A DNA stretch of 64,000 nt from Octopus sinensis (GCF_006345805.1 NC_042998.1:168764001-168828000), one strand, 5' to 3'. Numbered from the stretch's first letter, positions 14,253-28,053 are shown. Numbers and translations: made by a program. The notes: generated by a model from the sequence alone, not told the origin.

Positions 14253-14996
14253 ATGTAAATAGCTTATTTACATAATAAAATCTTTAAAATAATGAAGCAA
14301 GTTTGAATGTCACGCTTTAAACAGCTTTAACTATGGAAACGCATGGAAAGTAAATCTATAATAATAAAATGATTATGGTGTGAAGATCTATTAATTTACA
14401 CATCAATATAAAAGTAAGACAATTTATAAAACACTGAATTTCCACGAGTTTTGATTATTGTTATTAACTCGCAATATTAAAAGTGGATGCCGGAATCGAC
14501 AGATCGTCGGATAAAACTGCTTTGCAAGTTCATTTAAAATTAATGTGGGTTCAACATTTTACTTCATGCCTAGATAGTATACAAAATATTCACTGACCAT
14601 GTACTCCATTCAAATATGTGGCCTTGTATTAATTTAAAGAGTTTAATGTATGTTATCAATCATTTTGTAATACGTTTTCTTTTTATTAGTTACGTACAAC
14701 TTGATAGCTGTCAGATGAAATGTCTTCGTGATTGAGCGGAATTTACAACAGTTCTCTGAGATGTTATTTATAATTAAGCTGTTTATTACTGAGTCATAGC
14801 TTATCCGAGTTATTGCGAAAATATTAAATAGTTCGCCCCAAACAAATGTTTGATTGAGAAATGTTCAATTGCGAAATTAAATGTTCATTACTAAGAACAA
14901 GTATGGTAATAAAGCTAGAACAGTGTATCTCAAAGTGGGAAGATGCAAAATTTTATATGGATACTAAGGACAAAAGGAATGGTGTTAGACGCATAA

Positions 14997-15280
14997 TTTA
15001 AATCCCCTTAAGACTTAGGTCTGCTATGAGCCCTAGGATTCACGCGATCGGGGATTAGGTAGGTTTGCGTGGTGTATAAGAGACTGCAATTACAACACTT
15101 ACACCTGAACGGGAGACAGACCTGTCACAGGCTTAACTTCCCAGCTATTGGTCGAACTAATTTATATATAGCTGAGTGGACTGTACCAATGTGAAAAAAG
15201 GACATAACACACCACCCGCTTCGAGAATTAAAACTACAATATTACGATCATGAGTGTAACTTATTAATGGCCAGGCCACG
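14997..15280 (-). mobile_element. SINE family C head with a third 3' body ending aaggggatttaa
   Basis: Degenerate reverse-complement head at 15170-15280 (acgatcatgag...gccacgcc). The tail resembles the aagggatttaag tail of the LINE at 53947. Confidence 0.6.
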
Positions 15281-15582
15281 CCCTAATTTTCAAAGGTATT
15301 TTTTGCTGTTATTCTATGGGTGAATCATCAACTCATGTTAGCGATTGAAATGTTGTTTCCGCATTCCATTTTATATTGAAGAAATGATTTATATGCAAGT
15401 AGTCTTTTAATGGTGATCAATCGGTTGGTTGCAATTTTTTGTTACGTATTTAATGTTTATGAATTTAAGCAAACAAACGTTAGTAAAAGTAAAGAAGCGA
15501 TAGTTATAAATGCTTGAGAAGGACTAAGCTACAATATAGTATACTTGTAAACTAAGAATTTGATCACAATCAGTTTATGTAA

Positions 15583-15971
15583 TACTAGCAGTATCGCCCG
15601 GCGTTGCTCGGGTTTGTAAGGGAAATAACTATAAAGCATTTTTAGAGTTATAGCCAAAAAATAGCAAAAGAATGGAAAAAAAATTATGGTAATTTTTTTT
15701 TTTTGAGAGTTAAAAAAAGTCGAGTTGCGTCCCCTAGACAGTCTGTGGTTTGCGTTTCTGATTCTCGACCCCATGTCGAATTTATCGATTTTTTTCAGAA
15801 CTGGGGGAACTTTTCAAAATTTTCGCTGCGTTAGTTTTGAATTATGACATTGGGCTATGTGTGTGTCAAGTTTCATCAGAATCGGTTGAAAGCCGTGATC
15901 AGAGTGAGGGTACAACCTGACAAACACACAGACACGCAGACAGACAAACTGCCGTTTATATAGAGAGAGAT
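15583..15971 (+). mobile_element. Non-autonomous Helitron/Helentron-like element (DINE-1/Lep1/HINE type)
   Basis: 5' tactagcagtatcgcccggcgttgctcggg with a short GC hairpin; 3' caagtttcatcagaatcgg...(caga)n...aactgccgtttatatagagagag. This end layout is typical of such elements. Confidence 0.7.
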
Positions 15972-16929
15972 GATGTATATTACTTATTAAGTTCTTAGTT
16001 TTATTCATCATCCTATAATGAATATTTCATTTAGACATACCATATAGTATGCTATTTAAAGCATGGTAGTGATGATCATGTGTAAGCCTTCTGCACTGCA
16101 AACTTCATTAAGCACCTGAGAAAGAACCGGGTACCACACAAACTAATCTCCTTTCTTATGTAAAACAGGCATTGTGATAATATAAGAAATCAATATAGTA
16201 ATTATTATTTCCATGCCAGTGCAGCATAATTTTTACTTTGTGCTATAGTTTGTTAAACAAGTATTGTACTCGTTTTTGCTAACCATATTGATATGTAGGT
16301 ATTGTTTCTGTGTGAGTTACAGATTGATGTAGTAAATAGGATTAAGGTTCTCTTAATATATTAATATATGGATAATTAAAACGCTACTTAGAAATAAGTT
16401 GACGATGAGGAAAAAACAAATTAAATTACTGGCTAATAAAAAATATTTCAGCAACTACGGGAAACAGCCATGAACAAAACATATTTTAGGGGTATTTTAA
16501 CCTCATTAGCACAACATGGCATACTGTACTTGCTACAATAGTGTGAAAGAATCCTTAGTGAAGATACATAGAAAACGACAATTCAAATTGCCTAACAAGG
16601 CAAGTCTTAGTATTATCAAAAATGCTGCACGTTAACCTCAAGTACTCAAACTTCTTAAAACAGGAAGCAATGAAATTATGCAATCCGTGTTTCAAACACG
16701 AAACGCAAGCATACATAAGACATGTAAACTAGAAATATGAAAGGACTATAGTGGCATCATTTCAAACAGAGATAAACACCTCGGATTAGACACTTTTCAA
16801 TCTCTTAGATTGATGTCTTAAGTTTATAGTCTCCCGTTCCAGGGAAAAAATTAAACTTTTCAGTAGGCTAGCATCTCCTTTCAAGCCATATTTTCAAATA
16901 TGGTCATTAATAATTATTTATAATTAAAG

Positions 16930-17090
16930 CACACGGACAGCAATTTTGAGTGGAGGTGATTAGTCGATAACTGCGATTCTAGTATCGACCCTGGATGTGA
17001 CCGCGGCTGGGTTTGAACTCAAAATGTAAAGAGCCGGAAAGAGTACCGTAAAGCATTCCTGCCGACGCTGTAACGATTCTGTAAAGGAGT
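16930..17090 (-). mobile_element. SINE family A, degenerate
   Basis: ttagtcgat...tcgaccctggatg...tttgaactcaaaatgtaaag...gccgacgctgtaacgattctg. Confidence 0.6.
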
Positions 17091-17714
17091 CACATGTAGC
17101 TGGTTATTAATAATGAAACTTTAGTTAGTAAGAACTTCCGACATATTGAATACATAATGTAAGTTATGAATTTTTCTCTGTACAAGAAGTGTGTGGACAA
17201 TATAAGTAGGTAACCACTTAAAAGACAGTCAATGGTCACTGATAAAACAATTACTATCACACGCAATTTTACATATGTATGTGATAAACTTCACAACAGA
17301 GTAACTGGAAGAGAGAAAGACACAAAACGATAAACATTTAACTCATAAATATAAATTAACAACATCGAACGCAAAGCCAGTACAGAATAGACACAAATAA
17401 TGATTAAACTCTGAATCCATAAACATAAATTCTGTAACAACATTGGATACAAAATATAGATAGCAAAAAGAAGGTGTATCATATTGAGTCTCTTGTCTGT
17501 CTAAGGATTAATGTTATAGATGCAGTAGCATGGAAATGTTGCGATAAAATATTTTACTCAAAAGAATAAGAGAACTCGCTAAGATGAACTAAGATGAACT
17601 CGCACCAATAAATATCAAACCGGGTCGTCATGCTTTTAATCTGTCAACAGATTACTTATTGCTCTATGGTGCTTTGCTATCGTGATTGTTTGAAGCATAT
17701 AAAATTTTTAATTA

Positions 17715-18054
17715 AGAGAACATTTAATTAAGAGCCATGTGTTGAGAAGGATTCTTTAGGGTTTAAATAATTCATCTCTGGAAATATGGGTGTTTCGCTC
17801 AACATCCTTAAACAATCCTTATTCAGGGACCTTTTGAGCAGGATGGGTTACTCCACCAGAAGAAAATTCTAACTGGGCCCCATCTGCAAGGTTATGCGCT
17901 GTTTATCTGGATATGAGATCACCATGTCGCGCACATATGGTTGTGATGCATGTGCCTAGTGTACTCTTATCAGACGGGTAGCCATGATAGGTACACTGGG
18001 CTTCGTATATTTTACCCCAGTGTCATTTTGATGGCATGCGCTGCTCTCTCACTC

Positions 18055-18100
<46 letters not shown>
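17715..18100 (+). mobile_element. Probable non-LTR retroelement 3' end with (AAT)n tail
   Basis: GC-richer non-coding block ending ctctctcactc(aat)n. Single copy here; it resembles an abundant octopus repeat from memory (unverified). Confidence 0.5.
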
Positions 18101-18101
<1 letters not shown>

Positions 18102-18898
18102 GTAAAGGGGTATAGGTCAAGGAGGCATGAATTAAGATAAATATCAAATTGCTTATGAAGGAGTTGTAGAAAGAAAGCAAATCTTCTAGGTAGTTTTTTG
18201 CGAATATTTAGGTAAAGAGAAACTAATCCCAAGAAAATTAAGATTTAATAAATCAGAATTAATGTACATACTTAGCGGAAAATTTTATTTACTTATTCAT
18301 TTATTTTTCAGGCCACGGGTAGCTACAGGCATGTTTATTCTTATTAGATATCTCTTTAAAAATTTGAGAACCTTCAAAGACTACATAAATTCGAGGAACG
18401 AGATTTTTCTGTATGTCGGCATTTCAACCAATACATTTTGTCGGAATTAAAAAGTAGGCTACTGGACACTTAGTAAACCATAAATATCCGGTTTACGTCT
18501 GCGTGACATTGAACTATTGTAACGTTGGTTATCTCCCTTATGTTTTTATTCTTGCCTTTTTTCTTAACCAGCGTGTCTTGTTTAAACGTTATCTGCTTAA
18601 AAGACAACTGACACGGGAAAAAAAAATAGTGATGCTATTTAAACTTTTTCAGCTGATTTAGGGTAATTTTGGAGTTCTGAATCCGTGTCTGGCATCAGTT
18701 TTCAGACAGCACCTGTAGTTTTTTAGTAATTCACAGCATCAGATTTTCTAACCAATTGATAATATTGACTAAATAGTAGGCTATTCGCATTCGATTTTTA
18801 TTCATGTACTTATCACTGAAACAAAAATAAGTACTGATAGAGGGAAATGTAGGCTACTTGTTAAATTGCCACAGAGTGAATAGGTGAAGAGGTGAATA

Positions 18899-19485
18899 CA
18901 TTGCCGTCTAAATTACGCAATAATGAAAATGACACTGACATCTCATTTTAACAGATATATTTACAAAATTGCTTAAAAATATCTTCAAATACTAAAGAGT
19001 AAATTTATTCAATAAAATCGTCATTGACTTCAACTACGGCCTCTAGACAACTTCGGAATTTCCTGAAACTCTTCTAGACACAATCCTGATCTTCAGCTCA
19101 TCTTTGGTGTTATAAGGAGTTTTATTGGTCTCTCGCTCAACTGCGCCCCACACAATAATCAAGGATCTTGCAGTCTGGGGAGTTAGGTGGCTAGACGTTA
19201 GGGATGATGTGGTCGCAGAGATTCTCTAACAGCCATGACTGAGTTCTTCTGCTTGTGTGGCATGATGTAGAGTCCTATTGCTAGACATAGGGTCTTCCAG
19301 CAGCCACCCTCTTGACCCAGGGCCGCATTCATGTAGCCTTCTGTGTTGAGTCTGAGGCCATGTTGGAATATGAATGGAGGCATAATGTCGCCATCAGAAG
19401 TGATCACTCCAAACACCATGATGTTGACTAGGTGTTTGATTTTTATCATTCGATATTCCTTTGCATTATACACATGCACACACAC
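18899..19485 (-). pseudogene. DD37D (maT-type, Tc1/mariner superfamily) transposase relic with 3' end
   Basis: Minus strand: NIMVFGVITSDGDIMPPFIF...WVKRVAAGRPYV*Q*DSTSCHTSRRTQSWLLENLCDHIIPNV*PPNSPDCKILDY (37 residues between the second and third D)...KFRSCLEAVVEVN. Stops and frameshifts are present. A TIR-like end with TA lies at 18897-18922. Confidence 0.85.
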
Positions 19486-19884
19486 ACACCTACATACGTG
19501 TGTGCGTGTGTGCGTGTATGCCTGTGTGAGTGCGTGCGTGTGTGTGCGCGTGGGTGTGCGTGTGTGTGAACATCATCAACATCATCATCATCATCATCAC
19601 CCCACCACTATCACCACTATCACCATCCACTTTTCCGTAGCGATCAAGTTCGTTGATATCTTGAATTCTTATATTTACTCGATTTGGGGCCGATTTTCCT
19701 CAGGCGTCACTCTGCAGCTGACTAATGCATTTTGAAGTGAGAAAACTAAAGCAACATGAAATTAAGTGACTTGCTCAAGAACAGAACGTGTCCGCTACCC
19801 GATCATAGAGTCGAACCTATGTCCTTCTGATTGTGTACTGGATATACATGTGCATATTTAATTACGTATGTATGCTTATGACCG

Positions 19885-20078
19885 CGTGTGTATCGTTGGC
19901 GATTTTTCCCTCCATCTTCCCTTCCTTCGATCTTTCCTTTTCCTATGTTTCTGGCGAAAAGCTCCGCTCGAAACATTTAATCCTCTTTCCTTCTTTCCTT
20001 TCCAGAGCGTCCAATAACACTATACTTGTTCCACGTCCTCGCGTTGTTATGTTTTCCTTTTGTTCATGTTTGGATTAA

Positions 20079-20080
<2 letters not shown>
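19885..20080 (+). mobile_element. Microsatellite-flanked repeat with decayed minimal HHR core
   Basis: ttt-CTGGCGA-A-AAGC-tcc-GCTC-GAAAC-ATT-taa at 19948-19980, followed by a T-rich segment and (TA)n/(TG)n. Confidence 0.55.
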
Positions 20081-20134
<54 letters not shown>

Positions 20135-20429
20135 TGTGTGTGTGTGTGTGTGTATGTGTGTGTGTTATCTACTGTTTTCAATGATTTAATTTATTTTTTC
20201 TGATGAAAGACCTGGTGTCTACCAAATATGCAAATTTCAGTCATTGGAATGTAGATAACAAAAACAATGTCACATTTTAAATTTAAGAAATGTCTTGCAT
20301 ACTTTAGTGACATATTGTATTTGTAATGCGCAAGTTAGTTTATCGATTTCTTTCAACTGAAAATCCTAGCTTATCGCTTAGGCATTTACTCATAAAACCA
20401 AGTGCACCCACTATTATTGGTGTAAATAT

Positions 20430-21340
20430 GAATTTATAATCTGGATATAGATGCTGGAGATTTCGAAAAAGCTGTCCATAGTTATCCTCGTTCTCTTTGA
20501 TTTTCAAAGAGTTACTTACATCAGCAGGACATCTGAATCTCTACCCCGGTACGTACGCTTTCATGTCTGTCCCGAACAATAACTGGCATGTTATGTCTAC
20601 ACTTGACAGATATTTCAATGGAAATCTTCAACTAATATTCCTTGTGTTGATGTTTGTGTGTGTAATAGGGAGATTTTCTATATTTATTCCAGGACAGTCT
20701 TTTTTCCCGAACGGCACTATATATTGTTTTTGCCACAACATAGTGTCGCATAAGGAGATAGTACCCTGACAACATTTTTGGGCAGCTGCTAATCATAAGT
20801 GTGAAATCTTCCATAGAAACATGACAAAATCTACATTTTTAGTTTCGTCTTGAGCTCTAAGAGCTTCGCAGTCTTATTTGTTCATTAGGTATTTCTTAGC
20901 AATCTCCTGTTTGGGGATTGCAAGTGCATAGCCGTTAAATTGTGATGTGCTGTATCGATCACAAGTCCAAGAGCGTCTTCGCTGCTTCAAGTCATCGAGA
21001 ATATACCCATGTATAGTCTTTTTTAGTATGCTGAGCGTTTTACATCCACATCCTCTTAAAGGTATGTTTTGGGGTTGTATGGGAGGTCATCAGGAAGAGA
21101 GTGCTCCATGAGGAGCTCGTTACCGACACGTAGGATATAGAAGATCTGTGGAGGCTTAGAAGAGACACGAGCTATCAAGAAGGCTGGACTCAGCCAACAA
21201 AAAGTCAGGAGAACGTGGGTCAACATACTGCAGCAGAACATCACTCAGCTAGGTCAACAGTGCGACGGGGGTTTGATGCTGAAAAACTAGACACAGTCTA
21301 AGATCCCTCCCAAACATCACAGATGATGTTACCCAGAGCA
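20430..21340 (-). mobile_element. R4/Dong-like (restriction-like endonuclease, RLE) non-LTR retrotransposon 3' fragment
   Basis: Minus frames: KTIHGYI...SWTCDRYSTSQFNGYALAIPKQEIAKKYL, EDFTLMISSCPKMLSGYYLLMRHYVVAKTIY (zinc knuckle + RH motif), SVKCRHNMPVI...KIKENEDNYGQLFRNLQHLYPDY (RLE domain). Confidence 0.75.
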
Positions 21341-21557
21341 TCTATGACATGTATCTTTGAATATATATATATATACTTAGGTGTGTGTGTGTGTATACAA
21401 ATGCATATACATATTCATATATGCAAATATGTAAACGAATACACATAGACAGACTCAGACACACTTTCATACATACATACATACATGCATACATACACAC
21501 ACATATATATATATATATGTAAATAAGTATACATATACACATTTGTGCGTGTACATA

Positions 21558-21616
<59 letters not shown>

Positions 21617-22849
21617 GAGTGGGTGGATATAAGAAAGAAAAAGGCACTCAACACGTATAGCGTTAACTAAGTGTGAATGAGCCAAGTTTTAAATGATATA
21701 GATTTAATTTCTTCACCTTTCTTCTTACGCAAATACTGTGTAAACCATATAAATACAATCGCAGCAGCTGTCCAATAAAATAATAGATCATTCATTCAAA
21801 AAAAGAATTCATAGATAACAAGAATTCGTTTATTATTTAGCTTCCAGTAACGTGTGAAATCATGGGTAAATTATGGAGTGTAATTTCGTTACTGGTTACT
21901 ATTTTTGAAACAGTTGATAAATGAACCATCTTAGCTTGGTAAGTCATTTTGCATTAAAAATGAATTAATCATTAAACGGATTTTTCTATAAGAAAAGCAG
22001 AGTATTTAAACAAAAAGTAGATATACGCTCATGGAGAGTACTCGAGCCATGTATCTATTACTTGGTGGCAGTAATTTCATTGAGACTAGAGACATATGTT
22101 AATTAGTGAACATATCATGATTCTGAACCACAAGACACGTACTAGGCGAACTCAAATGTCGTCATATTTGTCATTTGAACTGTGCTGTCAATAATTTCAG
22201 TAACATATCTATCCACATTGTAGAACATTTAGCTTGACTTTGATAGTGTCTTTGATAGAAATAAGGTTGTGCTCAACATAAGAGTCCCTTCGGTGCCTCC
22301 GTGGTTATTTTTACGGCTACTTAAATATTTAATTTATTTCTCTTAACTTGATAAGAGTAATTCAGTAATTATTGATTAGTGGCGTTTTGATTGGCGATAG
22401 AACATTCAATTACAATTAGAAGTACAACGTTTAAGGATATTTACATTATTCTGTCATACAACTTATTTTTCATCAAATATTCGATGCTAAAATCCCAAAA
22501 TTATTTTAGAAGAAAACGGAACTAATTAACTGAATATATAAATCATTACACTTTTCGATAGTTATTGATTTGAATATTCGATTATTGTATTTTTGTAATA
22601 TTACACTCATTTACTAAACTTTGGAAAATGTTTGTCTACTTGAGATATGTGCTTAGATTATTAAACGATTCTAAGAATTCTCGTCAAACATTTTTATTGT
22701 TAGTCTAAAAACCAGTATTTACATTATGGATATCGTTTTGATTAAGTACAAATGCCCAATACTTAGTGGGAAGAAAGACGTAACAAGTACGACGTTGACG
22801 CTTTCCGAAATACATACAAGCAGAAATTGAAACCACGTTGCAGCTCTCT

Positions 22850-23160
22850 ACTTACCAAATGTTATCGCTTACTCTTTAACACTTGAAACACTGTCTCATA
22901 AAACTATTGTATTGGCGTTTGCTTATATAATCAATTTCTGAAATGTCACTTCTATGTTATATGACTATAGATCTGGTTTGATTTTTAAAATAGATGCTTC
23001 CTGCAGAATTCACATCAGCCTGTCTAACTTCCATAGGAATGCTGTAACTGTTTTCTGTTTCCCCCAAAACGATCTTTGGTCTTTTATATTTGTAATATAA
23101 TGGAAACGTTAACAGAAATATTCTAAATATATTATTCACTTCGCGAAAAAGCAGCATTTC
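22850..23160 (-). mobile_element. Highly decayed RTE-like reverse transcriptase fragment
   Basis: KIVLGETENSYSIPMEVRQADVNS resembles the GVRQGD motif. Downstream LII*ANANTIVL resembles YADD. Confidence 0.4.
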
Positions 23161-23309
23161 TATTGTTTTTCTTACATCAGAGCAATCCTAAATTTGAATA
23201 TCTTGTGTCACTGGATGACATTTCACACAGATGCTACTAAAATCAGTGATAACTTAACCATCACTTTGACATATTCTGTCCAATGTGGTTAACTATAACA
23301 TGAACATCC

Positions 23310-23492
23310 AGTATTTCGTCTGTCGTTACGTTCTGAGTTCAAATTCCGCCGAGGTCGACTTTGCCTTTCATCCCTTCAGGGTCGATAAATTAAGTACCAG
23401 TTACGCACTGGGGGCGATGTAATCGACTTAATCCGTTTGTCTGTCCTTGTTTGTCCCCTCTGTGTTTAGCCCCTTGTGGGTAGTAAAGAAAT
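23310..23492 (+). mobile_element. SINE family A, 5'-truncated, near-consensus
   Basis: gtatttcgtctgtcgttacgttctgagttcaaattccgccgaggtcgac...tttagccccttgtgggtagtaaagaaata. Confidence 0.9.
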
Positions 23493-24414
23493 ATATAACA
23501 CGGACATCCAGAGTAGTTTTTCCTAATTATCTACTCCTTGATTGATTGCTTGATTTATACATTTCAACAGTTATGTATTATTAAGCCGCAGCCGGACCCT
23601 AGTGAAACAGTCATATAATCCAAAGATATTCTAGTTTTGACCATTGAGATTACATTTTCCAATGCTTCGTTTCAACTTTGACTCTGTATGATTTGAATGA
23701 ATTGGACTGCTTTTTTTCTAACATGTCGAGCTACCACGCAGAAGCTCCTTATTCTTTCCATTAGTGATCGTCAGATATGCTGAAATTTCGATTACGTTAG
23801 ATTGCTATCGGGCTCTTTCTTGATTTAATGATATTTCTAGTAAATATTTCCAGGTGATCAAGTAAAAAAATCTTAAAACATTTCTTCGCTGTTATCCATT
23901 CAAAAACAGAGTGGTTAAATTTACATAAAAGATCTAAAACTGATAGTTAAAAAAATAAAGTATTTTTTTATGTTCGAAAATAAATACACTATTTCTAATT
24001 CAGAAATAGATATTTGATTCGGATTTCATCAATTGCTTAATATTACTAGCAAATAATATTGGAAGTTTTACAAGTCAAAATAATTCCAGAAATTATCGAT
24101 AAGGAAATATGTAGCACTTTCTGTTGTTTTTATTTATTTATATATTCGTATTTAACTCTGTTGAATTGTTATGACAGTGTCTGTTTCCTTTCAGAAGGCA
24201 TATTATATAATCATTAGAAAACATAGTTTCTAAATTCTACATCCACTATCATCACCCACTTCTGCATAATCAAGTATGTTATTAGAGTAATACTGCCCAG
24301 AGCGTAGTAACGGATTAAGATACCATTATATTTTACAATGAAACGGTGAGATTTGAGGTTTATTTTAGAATATACATTGTTTTAAAAATACATTTGTTTC
24401 AGAGTAATAATTCG

Positions 24415-24823
24415 GGATCTTTTCGGTTTGAACGGCAGTTTTTCTAGCGGTGTCACATGAAACTGTTACTCGTAATTATGACCCTAGAATCGATTTATTG
24501 TATTTCAATCTCTTTTAGGGTTAGGGTGGGGGAAGGGTATCTTTTTTTCTTCATAAATGTAAATAAACCCAATCTATTTCTTAAACGAGGGACATATTCA
24601 TACGGCACAGGATGCTTTTTAACTCAATAGACGTCACTGATTGGTTGAAATTGCAGAAATTGAAGAAAAAAAAACAACAAATATCTTACAAACTATAGAA
24701 TTTTCTCAATAAAGTCAAGAGAAAAAGATGTTTTATAAACACATTCTACCAGTATACGAAGTTTAAAATGTTTTAGTTACCTAGAAATTATGTTAAAAAC
24801 TGCCGTTCAAACCGAAAAGATCC
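24415..24823. mobile_element. 409-bp MITE with ~29-bp perfect TIRs and 8-bp target site duplication (TSD)
   Basis: TIR ggatcttttcggtttgaacggcagttttt / aaaaactgccgttcaaaccgaaaagatcc. ATAATTCG occurs at 24407-24414 and 24824-24831. Confidence 0.95.
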
Positions 24824-25555
24824 ATAATTCGGTTTGCATTAGAATTTATCACTTAAATTATGTTGTTAACTCACCTTGTATTTTTTTATTTAACATATGA
24901 CCTCGTTTCGATTCTCAATTCAAACCATCTCATTTCAGTCATGTTGCTTTTTCCCATTTGAAAAGTATAAATGACCCTAAATCTCGTTTCTCTCCCAGCA
25001 TATAACATCATGCCTGCCATGAAAATATATTACCATCTTACACTTCTGGCTCATGATTAGTTTCTTCTTAATATTGACCAGTTTAACACTGTTCCGAATG
25101 CGTTGATTCCCATAAGATATTCTATACCAACTAGATGCCTTCACAGTTGAAATGTTATTCCCTCTAGACATATTACATCATGGTAAAAAGTTTTTCTTTC
25201 TTTCCAGACACATTTCAACACACTCAAAAGTATTATATTCTCTTGTTATATCAGAACAAGAGGAAGTTGTTTTACCCTTTCTCATCATATTTCATAGCTG
25301 AAGCGATTGCAATCATTGCAAATGATCGTCCGAAGTGGTTTTGGTATTGTAGGAAAGGAAACATTTGGCATAATTCTCTTTCATACTTCAGTATATAGCC
25401 TAACTTTCCAATAAATAAATGTCCATCCACGCAATTTTCTGCAATTCCAACCATTTCTAATAGATTTTATTTTGTGTTGAGAGCAAGAAACTCAATTTTG
25501 GACTCTGGAATTATCGATACATCTTGTATAGCTTTTCTTGTAATGAGGTAGTAAC

Positions 25556-25735
<180 letters not shown>

Positions 25736-26039
25736 TACGTGCGGTGTGTATTTAAGTATAAGTGTATATTTGTGTATAAGTGTACGTTTAAGCTTTTCAT
25801 AGCAAATCGTCGATGCTATTTTTAGTTGTATATTTTGGTGGGCTGCAGTGTTTACGATAATGATAAGAATTAACCCACATGTATAAAAAGAAAGAGCTAC
25901 ATCTGTAGCAGAGCAGCTTAAATTTATTCGTAAAAACAGTTTTTTTTATGCTCGGCCGTCTATTATTACTGAATAGCAATAATTTAGCAGGATCAATTCC
26001 CTAGTAGTTAAATGTTTAATGTGTTATTCTGTTATTTTT

Positions 26040-26086
26040 TTTACATGTTACAGCCTAAAGGCTGTGACCATGCTGGGGCACCACCG
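26040..26086 (-). mobile_element. Extreme 3' tip of a CR1/L2-type LINE or partner SINE
   Basis: Minus strand ggtggtgccccagcatggtcacagcctttaggctgtaacatgtaa + A-rich tail, the same motif as 53886-53920. Confidence 0.7.
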
Positions 26087-27794
26087 GTGTTGATATTATC
26101 TGTAAAGTTTGTTTGTAGAGAACTTATAACTGTTTTGGTGTGTTACGCGTTAATTTTAAAAGTCAGAATGTTTAACGTTATTTTCAAACTTTGAAACGCT
26201 TCATCTTATCTGATGGTGCTACAGATAGCTTTTATCATATTTTGTGATATCATCAAGATATACCATTAACCAACGCACACTTGTAAGTCAAACATTTTTC
26301 ATTATTTAAGGTAGATTAAACGACGCAAATATTTTAGAGGAAACCTACTATAATCGGAAATCGACAACGAATCATAGATATATTTAATCAAGGGATTAAC
26401 TCTTACTCAGCAATCCTCACCATGCTTTTGTTATAATGATATTTATAATAGGACTCTAAGTTAGGTAAAACATCTTATGTTCATAAGAGTTACATGATAT
26501 TCCTGGATTCCACATGGACGTTAGCTTCGCTAGTGATATGAAGTATCTACAAACAAGATCAACTAAACTGCAGGTAAGTTATTTTTTAAAGAGGTTTACC
26601 ACGAATCCAACTACATAAATATATGCTTCTATAGTCCATAACGTATAGTATCTTCAGGTCAAACTAAAGAAACAATGTAGCAGTAGCTATGAACACTTCA
26701 CCACTAGAATCCTGGAGAATGCAATGTTTCCATTATTATGAAACTTAAGGTGCCAAGCTTTCTGAAAACGCTTCAGTATATCAGCGAGTTATGGGCATCA
26801 TGCAATCAACATTATATAATTTATCGACGACAAAATGTTTAATAAGAATATCAGTGACATTACCACAAGCATTATTCATTAGAATATTAATTCCACTGGA
26901 ACACTACTCAAACTGTTGGTGCATTGTTGCCACCTTCTCCACTGTATTGCATATATTATTAATAGACATTCGGTCTTACATATACGCGGCATGAATAAAA
27001 CATCGAACAGCAACACAAGATGTTTTATAAAAATTACAAGCATAGTTTACAAATACCCACGTCAGTGTATGAACGTCTAAACATGGCCAACAACGACGAG
27101 ATCTGAAAATGTCTCACTAAACATTTGCAAGGGAAATATTTTATATCTGGTTCATCTCTGATAACAACAAATTAGATAAACAATACTTCACCCATAGCAT
27201 TGTCACCAAAGAGATAAACAGCTAGTAATCCTAATAAATCTGGAATCTTCCATCCAGTTTGTGTACGTATTCTATCGCCTAAAACACACCACTTTAAATG
27301 CCACAAATCTTCCAGTTGCTCACATCATTTATTTGTATTAACACAGTTTTGTTAAAGAGAGCAAATATTTGTTAATACAATATATTGACTGTATCATGTT
27401 GCTGGCAGAATTTAAACTTCTGGTGGTGATACATATACCTTAAAGTCTATATTTAAACGTACAGATTGTAGGCAAATAATTTTGTTTTGTCCAGACGCAA
27501 TAATTTTATTTGTACTGGAAAGTTACAAGAAGCGTCTATAGAATCTAACATTTGTCTCATTGACTCCAGAAACTAAAACGAAATAAAAATGTTTCGACTG
27601 AAAATCGAATTGGTTCAGGACTTTATTCGCTATGCTCTCACGCACTGCTATGCATTACCAATCAAAAGATTAGTGGTTACAAGTAAAATTTCTGTATTCC
27701 CTCATTGATAATCACAGGAAAGTGATTATATATAAAATAAATATGCATAAGCAATAACAAACACATATAGGATAAATATGGATAACATTCTCAC

Positions 27795-28053
27795 CTGTGA
27801 TAAACGATAGTCGTCTCATGGCTGGAAACGGATGATTCCCAGATGTATCCAATATATCAAGCCGATAGGGAGCTCCACGAATTCGGTAAATTTTCCGATG
27901 AAAATCCTCTATGGTCGGTGTGTAGTTCTCATCAAATTTGTTGGCAAGAAATCTTGAAACAATGGCAGTCTTCCCAACTTTTGCTGATCCAAGAATGACA
28001 AGACGATGACAGTTCTCAGGGGGAGCACTATCACCTTGTTCTACAAGAGCCAT
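27795..28053 (-). CDS. RASD1: First coding exon of a RASD-family small GTPase (Dexras1/Rhes-like, RASD1/RASD2 co-orthologue), 86 codons + 1 nt
   Basis: ATG at 28053 in context gcagacATGG. Translation MALVEQGDSAPPENCHRLVILGSAKVGKTAIVSRFLANKFDENYTPTIEDFHRKIYRIRGAPYRLDILDTSGNHPFPAMRRLSFIT-G. It has G1 GSAKVGKT, effector YTPTIEDFHRK and G3 DTSGNHPFPAMRRLS, all RASD signatures. It ends at ACAG|GTGAGA (donor at 27794, phase 1), matching the vertebrate RASD intron position as I recall it. The ORF track start at 28119 is a TTG, and its tail after FITG is intron read-through. Confidence 0.95.

Noticed and set aside
24515-24530. TTAGGG telomere-like motif
   Set aside because: Only about two units, inside a MITE; it is not an interstitial telomere.
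26480-26580. Strong + strand donor-like site (ctgcag|gtaagt) after a short open frame
   Set aside because: There is no recognisable protein or partner exon, and such sites occur by chance.
27712-27794. C-terminal extension ENVIHIYPICVCYCLCIFILYIITFL of the RASD ORF
   Set aside because: It is read-through past the GTGAGA donor into the intron.
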